This document shows positions 40,502 through 48,226 of a stretch of DNA of 49,402 bases, in pieces; position 1 is the first letter of the stretch; each line of letters starts with the position of its first letter. This DNA is from an uncultured Bifidobacteriaceae bacterium. Its GTDB lineage: Bacteria; Verrucomicrobiota; Verrucomicrobiia; Limisphaerales; UBA11358. The stretch is taken from positions 1 through 49,402 of the forward strand of contig CAYUGC010000003.1 in the NCBI GenBank assembly GCA_964444085.1, given 5' to 3'. The position numbers were made by a program, and so were the translations under genes. The notes beneath the pieces were generated by a model. The model saw only the letters and a list, made by a program, of their open reading frames with translations. It was not told the origin of the DNA and made no database searches.

Positions 40502-41253
40502 ACGTCAACGAAGCGAAAAATATCTTATTGCTTTACCGCCCCGGAATGGCGGATGCGGAAGACTCTGAAATCGCCGAGGCGTTGGCGTTGGCTAAAGTTG
40601 ACCCGGACCTGGGTCGCTGGCTGGAAGTGCATTGCGCCCGCCAATTTGTCATTCGCGAGAAATTCCGCCAGATCACCGTGCCCGCCGGGCTGAAGGAGCA
40701 AATCATCTCCGAACAGGCGGCGAGTGAAAAAATGATTTCGACGCGGCGAACAATCCAGTTCGCGGCGGCGGCGGCCATCCTGCTGTTCGCTGTCCTGGCG
40801 GTCTTCCGTTTTTTGCCGCAGGCGTCGGATGACACGCTGGCCGTTTATCAAAATCAAATGGTGGGCGTGGCGTTGCGTGGCTATGCGATGGATGTGCAAA
40901 CAAATGACGCGGCCGCGATCCGCGCCTATCTTGTGCAAAACCATGCGCCGGCGGATTTTGTTTTGCCGGCACCGCTTCAGCAGGCGGCCCTGGTGGGGTG
41001 TGCGGTGGAAGACTGGCAGGGCGTGAAGGTCTCCATGATCTGTTTTCGTACCGGCAAGCCGCTGGCACCGGGCGTCGCGAGCGACCTCTGGCTGTTTGTG
41101 GTTGACCGGACTTCGGTAAAAAATGCGCCGGCTGGAGCTGCCCCGCAATTTACCAAAGTCAACCGGCTCATGACCGCCACTTGGACGCAGGGAGGAAAAA
41201 CTTACCTGATCGGAACGGCGGGCGATGTGCTGACCCTCCGGCAATATCTCTGA
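40498..41253 (+). CDS. Putative anti-sigma factor (single-pass membrane protein)
   Basis: The GTG start overlaps the sigma stop (GTGA). One central TM (FAAAAAILLFAVLAVF). No HX3CX2C zinc motif was seen. Assignment rests on position. Confidence 0.55.
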   Translation: MNVNEAKNILLLYRPGMADAEDSEIAEALALAKVDPDLGRWLEVHCARQFVIREKFRQITVPAGLKEQIISEQAASEKMISTRRTIQFAAAAAILLFAVLAVFRFLPQASDDTLAVYQNQMVGVALRGYAMDVQTNDAAAIRAYLVQNHAPADFVLPAPLQQAALVGCAVEDWQGVKVSMICFRTGKPLAPGVASDLWLFVVDRTSVKNAPAGAAPQFTKVNRLMTATWTQGGKTYLIGTAGDVLTLRQYL

Positions 41254-41283
41254 TGAAAATCCCGCTTTCCATGTTTGTGCGCG

Positions 41284-42174
41284 TCAGTTTTCAATGCTCA
41301 TGTGTGTCAGCACCCAGTCGAAGTCAGCGTGTTCATCGGCCGGCGTGGCGGGAATCTCGATGGGCAGGTTCGCGGCGTGCGCGGCGGGCGGGCGGAAGGT
41401 GCTGGCTTTCAACCAGTGATGGAGCGTGGCGTGGCCGTCGGCAAAAGTGAAGGCGGTGGAGCGGTTATGGTAGGTGGCCGGCAGGTCGTGCCATTCGTCA
41501 TCCGTGGCCGCGTAAGCGCCGCTGGCCGCCGGCGCATCCTTGTTGAGAAAATAGCCGTCACCAATGCTGTCCGGGTGTTCATCCAGAAACACAAAAATGT
41601 CCGCCGGGTGCGGAATCTGCGTCGTCTTTAAAAACTGCTGGTAGCCGGGATTATTGGTGTTTGCGCCGCCGACAATCGCCGGTCCCGCATTTCCCAGCAT
41701 GGCATTCATCGAATAGCTGCGGATGCGATGATCCCAGCCGGCACCGCTTTGAATCGAGCTTAAGGCGTGGTCAGACGGACAGCGGTAAATGGCCGTGCCG
41801 CCACCATTGTATAAGCCCAGGCTCGCCTCGGTGATGGTTGCGGGATTGGTGTTATCGGGACTTAAACTCCAAGTCATGACGTTGTTGACCCAGTTGATAT
41901 TGTTTCGGGGGGAGTTGTCCGACATCACCAGATTATACGGCAGGAAACTTTCGTGATCATCGGTGTAAAGCTGGCACGCCAGCTCAAGCTGTTTGGTGTT
42001 GTTCAGGCAGACGACGCCCCGAGCGCGCTCCTGGGCCTTGGAAAGCGCCGGCAACAAAATCGCCGACAGAATCGAGATGATGGCAATCACCACCAGCAGC
42101 TCGATCAAGGTAAAACCAACACCACCCCACCAGCATGGGCATGACGGGCTGTTCGCGGGGCGCGTATGGTTCAT
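41284..42174 (-). CDS. Prepilin-type N-terminal domain + DUF1559-like protein (second paralogue)
   Basis: ...[33 protein letters not shown]... and ...[13 protein letters not shown]. Confidence 0.85.
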   Translation of the reverse strand: MNHTRPANSPSCPCWWGGVGFTLIELLVVIAIISILSAILLPALSKAQERARGVVCLNNTKQLELACQLYTDDHESFLPYNLVMSDNSPRNNINWVNNVMTWSLSPDNTNPATITEASLGLYNGGGTAIYRCPSDHALSSIQSGAGWDHRIRSYSMNAMLGNAGPAIVGGANTNNPGYQQFLKTTQIPHPADIFVFLDEHPDSIGDGYFLNKDAPAASGAYAATDDEWHDLPATYHNRSTAFTFADGHATLHHWLKASTFRPPAAHAANLPIEIPATPADEHADFDWVLTHMSIEN

Positions 42175-42354
42175 GTTTTTGGCGACAACCGCCGACTTTG
42201 AAAGATTTTAAACACTAATTAATTCCATTATCAATCTTTGTCAATAGCTGCAAAACCAAAGTGGCGAAACCAAAGCGGCGGGAAAAAGACCAAACCCAGG
42301 CGGCACGCTAGTGCCGACCGGGCTTGGCTGATGCAATCCGTTTACCGGGTTCCT

Positions 42355-43476
42355 TTAAAGTACGCCATGGCCGAAACCCTTCGGCGGCGTCAAGCCGGTA
42401 TAATCACCAACCACTTTTGCGTCATATGGTGCATACAAACCGTTCTGTGAAGTATGGGGGTCATAACCGACATTGTTTCCGATCGGATCGCCCCCGGCCA
42501 ATGGCAAACCATAGCTGGCAACAATTTCGCCAGCCAGACTGACCCGGATGACGCGGTTGTTAAATTGGTCGCTGATCATCGTGTCGCCGTTTTTGAGCCG
42601 CACGGCACGGGTGGGCAGCGGGGCGGGAACACTGTTCGGGTCGGTATCTGTGAAGTATTGCCAGATGACATTGTCATTGGTGTCCACTTCGACGGCGCGG
42701 GAATTACCGGCATCGGTCAGCAACGTGTCGCCGTTTTCAAGACGGCTGGCAAACGCCATGATGTCAACCGTGCCACCGGCACTGAAGGTTTTGACAATCT
42801 GATCGTTCCGGGTGACTTCAATCGCCCGGTTGTTGCCCTGGTCAGCAATCAGGATGTGGCCGTTCTTCAGCAGTTCGGCGGAGTTTGGACCATTGAGTTG
42901 GTCAGCCTCATTCGTGTTCGATCCCGGGTATTGCCAGACAATTTTCTTCTGCAAATTCACCTCGATGATGCGGTTGTTCGCCTGATCGGTGATGAGCACA
43001 TGGAAGTTCGGCAGGAAGGTGCTTTGCACCGACGTGTTCAACAAGTTTGGCCCTGATCCCGTTTGGCCGAACTGCCCGTATTGCCAGACAATCTGGCCGG
43101 CGGGGTTCACCAGCAGGACGCGATTATCGGCCGCACCGTCGGGAGCCTGTGGAATTACGCCGGCGGGCGTGCCGGTGCCGGCCATCAAGGTGAGCGGCCC
43201 GACGCGCTGCACATCATTGACGCCGATGACGGAACGGGCTGAAAAGTCATTCGGTCCAAGGCCGAATGACCAGACAATATCCCCGTTCGGGTTGATCTCG
43301 ATGACGCGGTTGTTGAACTGATCGGCAATCAGAATATTGCCAGCCTTATTAAAGTCGTGACGAGATTTCATGCTGTCTGCCGACACGGTGCCTGCTAACG
43401 CAAGAACGCCAACAGCGGCGAGAACGAAACAGCAAACCTGGCTGCATGACAGATTTCGATTGCATGTGTTTTTCAT
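42355..43476 (-). CDS. Secreted six-bladed NHL-like beta-propeller protein
   Basis: 373 aa with a signal peptide. Six repeats of the ...ILIADQFNNRVIEIN / ITDQANNRIIEV / IADQGNNRAIEV / LTDAGNSRAVEV / ISDQFNNRVIRV type. Confidence 0.75.
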   Translation of the reverse strand: MKNTCNRNLSCSQVCCFVLAAVGVLALAGTVSADSMKSRHDFNKAGNILIADQFNNRVIEINPNGDIVWSFGLGPNDFSARSVIGVNDVQRVGPLTLMAGTGTPAGVIPQAPDGAADNRVLLVNPAGQIVWQYGQFGQTGSGPNLLNTSVQSTFLPNFHVLITDQANNRIIEVNLQKKIVWQYPGSNTNEADQLNGPNSAELLKNGHILIADQGNNRAIEVTRNDQIVKTFSAGGTVDIMAFASRLENGDTLLTDAGNSRAVEVDTNDNVIWQYFTDTDPNSVPAPLPTRAVRLKNGDTMISDQFNNRVIRVSLAGEIVASYGLPLAGGDPIGNNVGYDPHTSQNGLYAPYDAKVVGDYTGLTPPKGFGHGVL

Positions 43477-43765
43477 AGATTTTTGAATTTTTGGTTTAAA
43501 CCAAGCGTTTCAACAGTTAAGAGGAGTGAACCCTGAAATTGTTCCCGGCAAAATATTGTTTCGTCAGCACAAAACCCGCGTCAGTCTTTCCACCATGCCT
43601 GAAAATTAGCATGAGACCGCCAACAATTATTGCCATATGCGACCCGAAGAAATTTGCTTTTCCCAGCCTTTCTTCCATGTGTTCGGGGGTGGAAAAAGCC
43701 ATTCCCAATAAGTTGGCCTGCAACTGCTGAAGAACTTTGAGAAACTGACAAACGCCTAGGCTGGT

Positions 43766-44641
43766 TTAGTTTCGTTGTCTGTCCGCCCAGGAAAGGTCAA
43801 TCATTTTACGGCGCAGTTCTTCTCGCAGTTTTTGAATGTCCGCTGGCGTGCGGACTTCCAGATAGACTTCGCACATGTCGTCCAGCGTCCGGTAGAGATG
43901 GCCGTATTTCAGGCCGGCCACGGCTTCGGGTGGAATGTTTTTGTCCCGTTGCATTTTCGCCAGACCCGCCACAAGCCATTCGTAGCGGCGGCCGATTTGG
44001 ATTTCCAGATTGGTGAACGAACAATCTCCGGCCGGGCGGTTCGTGTCCGGAAAGCCGATAAAACGGTCGAACCACCAGTAGCGGCAAATGTCCTGCCGGC
44101 TTCTGGCGTTGGTAGTCGGTTTGGAAAACTGCTCCACGATTGCGTAAAGCGATTTTTGCAGCGGCGCAAAATTCGTGTTGCCGTCGAGCTCGTGGAACAG
44201 GATCAATTCCATCATACGCGTCAGGTCGCTTTCTAATTTCCGGCGCGTACCGGCTTCGGCTGGATTGGTTGAGTGGAAATAAGCTGACTCCGCCTCCATT
44301 TCAGCGTGATGTTTTGCCATGACCCAATCGTGTGTTTTTTCGATGAATTGGTCGCACGTCAGCAGCAGCGGGTCTTTTTGCCAGGCGTTGGTTTCCAGCG
44401 CGGACAGATTTTGTTTCAGCTCCCGGATTTCACCCAGCAATTGTATGACCGCAGCATTGGTGGACGTCGCGTGCAGTTCGAGCGCCCGTTCAGCATCTCG
44501 GTGATATGAGACTGATTGCGGCACCGTCGAGGCGGGCAATGATATGGGTGATGGCGGCAGATCGGTCGGGTTGAACGGTGCGGAAACAGCCAGCGGACAA
44601 ACCCACGCTGCCATTAGAACCAGAATGAACCAGCGCATCAT
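43766..44641 (-). CDS. Secreted hypothetical protein (mostly alpha-helical)
   Basis: 291 aa. Signal peptide MMRWFILVLMAAWVCPLAVSA. The start overlaps the upstream stop (ATGA at 44638-44641). I recognise no motif. Confidence 0.6.
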   Translation of the reverse strand: MMRWFILVLMAAWVCPLAVSAPFNPTDLPPSPISLPASTVPQSVSYHRDAERALELHATSTNAAVIQLLGEIRELKQNLSALETNAWQKDPLLLTCDQFIEKTHDWVMAKHHAEMEAESAYFHSTNPAEAGTRRKLESDLTRMMELILFHELDGNTNFAPLQKSLYAIVEQFSKPTTNARSRQDICRYWWFDRFIGFPDTNRPAGDCSFTNLEIQIGRRYEWLVAGLAKMQRDKNIPPEAVAGLKYGHLYRTLDDMCEVYLEVRTPADIQKLREELRRKMIDLSWADRQRN

Positions 44642-44904
44642 TTGGCGGGAAACTTTTTCAGGCCGACCTCTTGGGCAATGTCGTCGAACTCCTCTTTGCT
44701 GACGGTTTCGAGGCGCTGGCCGCGCGCCTTGAGTTTTTCGTTGAGCTTGATGGTCTTCTCCGTCATCACCTCGTGCGTCTCCTGCGTGCCACCGATGAGG
44801 AGAAAATTGTCGCCCTTGGTGATGCGCTTGTGGCCGTCGGAATCCAGCCCGACGCCGAGCAGCGCGGCCTTGCGTTTGTTTTTTTTGGCGTTCGCCATGC
44901 CCAA
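44638..44904 (-). CDS. Small basic hypothetical protein (88 aa)
   Basis: MGMANAKKNKRKAALLGVGLDSDGHKRITKGDNFLLIGGTQETHEVMTEK... Clean coding frame, translationally coupled to the next gene. Confidence 0.6.
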   Translation of the reverse strand: MGMANAKKNKRKAALLGVGLDSDGHKRITKGDNFLLIGGTQETHEVMTEKTIKLNEKLKARGQRLETVSKEEFDDIAQEVGLKKFPAK

Positions 44905-44949
44905 AACGTAAAGCCCGCCAGCAGACGGGTCAAGGACGGCACGGAATTT

Positions 44950-46737
44950 TCACTGCACGCCGACGCGGTAGAAATATGGGCCGCCGTTCGTGGTCGAGGT
45001 GTCCGTGTAGCTGGTCGAAACCGCATGGCCGGTGAGATTGCTGACGATGGAGGAGAACGGCGGTTGCACGGCGAGGTTGGTGCTGCGTTGGAGATAATAA
45101 GACACGCCGCTCACGCTTTGCCAAGTCACCTTCATGCCGGAAAGACTGTTGGACGGTGATGACAATTGCAGCACCGAGGCCGCGTTGGTGGGAATGGTGC
45201 CAGCAATCCACTCCTGCCAGTTGTTCATGCCGTCACCATCGGAATCAATCGTGTCAGCCGTGCCATCTGTGGGCAGGCCGTATTGTTGCGCCCAAGCGTA
45301 GGAGAGCAGCGAGGCCGGCGTTTGATATTCATAAGCGCCGATGTCCACCGTGCCTCCAACGATGCGATGGTTGCCGTCGAGATCATTAGTTCCAGAAACG
45401 TAAGCGTTATTTCCAGCGTTGATGCAGGGAGAGTTTGATTGCAGAGAATAATTTCCCAGCGCTGGATTTACGAACAGCGGATCGCTTGTCCAACAGTTGG
45501 TTAATTTTGCATTGTAAACATTGGATGTGGCGACGAAAACGGAAGTGCAGTAGTTGCCATAGATGATGCAGTTTTTCAATGTTCCGCCATAAACGCCGCC
45601 GCCTTGATTGGTTGCCGTATTTCCGACGATCGTACAATTAGTTAAAATCGGCAAAATACCAGTATTGTTGACTGTATAAACGCCGCCGCCATTGCCATAG
45701 ACAACATTGCTGATAACAAGGCAGTTGTTTAGCATCGGAATATAACTTCCATTAGGCGGTTGCTGGTAGCTTCCCCCGCCACTTCCAATTCCAATTCCTC
45801 CAACCACAGGAAGCATACAGACGTTGTTGCTTAAAATGCAGTAGTTCAAAATTCCAAAGCAATCTCCCCCACCTGAAGTTGTCGAAAGATTTCCCGCAAT
45901 CAGGCAGTAATTTGCGGTGCACATATAGGTTCCGCCGCCCCAAGAGGTGGAGCCATAGAATGGGGCTATGTTCCCGATTACTTGGCAATAATTTAATAGG
46001 CAATAAGCCGCCCCACCGCCGAAGCTGGCGCTGTTGCTGATGATTAAACAATTATTCAAAACACTGTCAAAAGCACCGCCTCTCACGGCATAATTCCATT
46101 GAGTGATCGGTACAAGGTTGTTTGAGATAACACAGTTGTTCAAAGTTCCTTGGTAAACTCCGGCACCGCCATACGCCGCGCCACTCCCCGCACAAACATT
46201 GCCGGTTAACACACAGTTGGTCAGAAAGCAATTGGTGGATTCGCAATTTACCCCGCTGCCGGAGCCAGTCCCTCCGCCGCCAGTGACGGTGAAGCCATCC
46301 AGCGTGGCATTGTTGGTCAGATAAACGCCCCTCAAATCGTTATTGTAATTGGTGGCGCTGGCCGAATTGGTTTGAACGAAATTGTAGTGATAACCTTGAA
46401 TCACTGTCACCGCCGGACCATTGACGCTGCAGACAGTCACGGCCTTGTTAATGGCCGCACGATTGGTGATGGGGGTGGCATAACCCACGCCTCCACCAGT
46501 ATGGGAACTGTTCACCACCCTTCCGCCGGTGTTGTAAAGGCCGTTGGTGACGAGAATCAGGTCTCCATCCGTGGCCACATCAACGGCGCTTTGGATGTCC
46601 TTCGATGCCGTCGGCCAGTTGGTGAATGGCGCGGCGGGCGAGAGGTTGCCCGCATCCACATAAAACGTCGTCGCGCAAGCGTTGAAGCTAAGAACGATTG
46701 CAACCAAAACCAGAACCCATTGTGCAGATATTTTCAT
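44950..46737 (-). CDS. Secreted right-handed parallel beta-helix repeat protein with TSP3/dockerin-like Ca loop and C-terminal '...FYRV' module
   Basis: 595 aa. Signal peptide MKISAQWVLVLVAIVLSFNA. ~20 repeats of the NC.I..N...GGG.Y type. DSDGDGMNNWQEWIAGTIPTNAASVLQL, then VTWQSVSGVSYYLQRSTNL...YTDT...GPYFYRVGVQ. Confidence 0.8.
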   Translation of the reverse strand: MKISAQWVLVLVAIVLSFNACATTFYVDAGNLSPAAPFTNWPTASKDIQSAVDVATDGDLILVTNGLYNTGGRVVNSSHTGGGVGYATPITNRAAINKAVTVCSVNGPAVTVIQGYHYNFVQTNSASATNYNNDLRGVYLTNNATLDGFTVTGGGGTGSGSGVNCESTNCFLTNCVLTGNVCAGSGAAYGGAGVYQGTLNNCVISNNLVPITQWNYAVRGGAFDSVLNNCLIISNSASFGGGAAYCLLNYCQVIGNIAPFYGSTSWGGGTYMCTANYCLIAGNLSTTSGGGDCFGILNYCILSNNVCMLPVVGGIGIGSGGGSYQQPPNGSYIPMLNNCLVISNVVYGNGGGVYTVNNTGILPILTNCTIVGNTATNQGGGVYGGTLKNCIIYGNYCTSVFVATSNVYNAKLTNCWTSDPLFVNPALGNYSLQSNSPCINAGNNAYVSGTNDLDGNHRIVGGTVDIGAYEYQTPASLLSYAWAQQYGLPTDGTADTIDSDGDGMNNWQEWIAGTIPTNAASVLQLSSPSNSLSGMKVTWQSVSGVSYYLQRSTNLAVQPPFSSIVSNLTGHAVSTSYTDTSTTNGGPYFYRVGVQ

Positions 46738-46797
46738 AAGACAAGCCCTTAATGGAAATTAATTTAATCTTCCAAGTTCGCACGCAGCTGTCAACAT

Positions 46798-46821
46798 ACT
46801 TATTCCGCAAACGGAATAAGT
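46798..46821. promoter_or_regulatory. Perfect 10-bp inverted repeat (candidate XRE operator) in the divergent promoter region
   Basis: ACTTATTCCG-caaa-CGGAATAAGT. Lies 20 nt upstream of the XRE GTG and 3 nt from a minus-strand TTGACA (46789-46794) that could serve the beta-helix operon. Confidence 0.55.
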
Positions 46822-46841
46822 TTGTTGGCCAGCATGGCCGG

Positions 46842-47045
46842 GTGCGTGACACTTTGGAAAAACAACTCGCGGCGTTTCTGCGCAAGAAAGGTGGCGATAT
46901 GACGTTTGCCCAATTTTCCAAAAAGCTCGGCCTTCCCGCTTCAACACTTCATCGTCTGGAGCAATGCCAGCAGAGCATCACCTTGGGCCGCCTGCAGCAG
47001 ATCATGCAGCGTTTGAAATGCGGCTTGTCGGACATCTTTCATTAA
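46842..47045 (+). CDS. XRE-family helix-turn-helix transcriptional regulator
   Basis: The in-frame GTG at 46842 gives 67 aa: (M)RDTLEKQLAAFLRKKGGDMTFAQFSKKLGLPASTLHRLEQCQQSITLGRLQQIMQRL. The track start 46752 would sit 14 nt from the divergent gene and would include the palindrome. Confidence 0.75.
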   Translation: MRDTLEKQLAAFLRKKGGDMTFAQFSKKLGLPASTLHRLEQCQQSITLGRLQQIMQRLKCGLSDIFH

Positions 47046-47135
47046 CTCGGAAGCATATACAGTTTCGCTCATTTCGGCTCGCGAGGACGCTCGCCCCACC
47101 AGAAACTTTGCGCCTTGGCGTCTTTGCGTTAAAAA

Positions 47136-48074
47136 TCAATCGTGCGGATGGAAGTGCGATTCCTTGGCAAGCTGTTCCCACAGTTTCTTCTGCGCGTCGG
47201 TGATTTTGGCCGGCACGACGATTTTGACGGTGATGTGGAGGTCGCCGGTCTTGCCGAGGCCGTGGCCGCGCACGCGGAACTTCTGGCCGCTGGCGGTGCC
47301 GGCGGGAATCTTGATGTTCACCTTGCCGGCAAGCGTGGGCACGGCGATCTCCGCGCCGAGCGCGGCTTCCCACGGCGCGAGTTCGAGCTCGTGGATGAGA
47401 TTGTGTCCGTCCACCTCGAAGTCGGGATGCTTCGCCAGGCGGATGCGGAGATAGAGGTCGCCGCCATGCTCGCCGCGCCCGGCGATGCGCAGCTTCTGCC
47501 CCTCGGTGATGCCGGCGGGAATCTTGACCTGATGCGAGTCGGTGCGGTTCTCGCGCCGCACGGTGACGGTGCGGACGGAGCCGCGCTTGGCCTCTTCGAG
47601 CGTGACGAGAATATCGCCCTCGATGTCGCGGCTTTCTTCGGCAACCGGTTCTTCGGTAAAACCGCCTTGTCCACCAAAGCCATTGCCGCGCCGCTGTCCG
47701 CCGAACATTTGTTCAAAGAAATCGCTGAAGCCGGTGCCGCCGAAATGCGTGGAGAAATCTTCGCGGCTCATCGGGCGTCCGCGAAAACCCTGGCCGCCGC
47801 CACCGAAACCGCCCGCGCCGGGCGGTGGACGGAATTCCGCGCCAGACTTCCAGTCTGCGCCGAGCTCGTCGTATTTCTTGCGCTTGTCCGCGTCGCCGAG
47901 GACCTCGTAGGCCTCGTTGATCTCCTTGAATTTCTCCTCGGCCCTCTTCTTGTCCTTGGCCACGTCGGGATGGAATTCGCGTGCGAGCTTGCGAAAGGAT
48001 TTTTTGATCTCGTCCGCACTCGCGGTGCGCGGCACGCCGAGGCTCTGGTAATAATCTTTGTATTGAACAGCCAT
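47136..48074 (-). CDS. cbpA: J-domain co-chaperone, CbpA type (DnaJ without zinc finger)
   Basis: DYYQSLGVPRTASADEIKKSFRKLAREFHPDV (HPD motif). Gly/Phe-rich linker. Two C-terminal beta-domains. No CXXCXGXG repeats. Confidence 0.85.
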   Translation of the reverse strand: MAVQYKDYYQSLGVPRTASADEIKKSFRKLAREFHPDVAKDKKRAEEKFKEINEAYEVLGDADKRKKYDELGADWKSGAEFRPPPGAGGFGGGGQGFRGRPMSREDFSTHFGGTGFSDFFEQMFGGQRRGNGFGGQGGFTEEPVAEESRDIEGDILVTLEEAKRGSVRTVTVRRENRTDSHQVKIPAGITEGQKLRIAGRGEHGGDLYLRIRLAKHPDFEVDGHNLIHELELAPWEAALGAEIAVPTLAGKVNIKIPAGTASGQKFRVRGHGLGKTGDLHITVKIVVPAKITDAQKKLWEQLAKESHFHPHD

Positions 48075-48134
48075 CGGGGAAGAATTTGCCTGTCAGCGGC
48101 GATTTGTCAAAGCCGGAAGGAACCGGGAATTGGC

Positions 48135-48226
48135 GATTTACGAATTACGATTTACGATGGGTGTCGAAAAGTGGACGGCATGGACAGTTTTCCCAATCGT
48201 AAATCGTAAATCGGCAATCGTAAATC
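48135..48226. repeat. Long imperfect inverted repeat built from tandem ATTTACGA units
   Basis: Left arm GATTTACGAATTACGATTTACGAT (48135-48158). Right arm ATCGTAAATCGTAAATCGGCAATCGTAAATC (48196-48226), which overlaps the htrA stop codon. The loop is ~37 nt. Confidence 0.65.

Noticed and set aside
43517-43723. 68-aa minus-strand ORF with one hydrophobic segment
   Set aside because: AT-rich intergenic region containing the putative promoter of the propeller gene. No RBS or start context, and nothing recognisable to support it.
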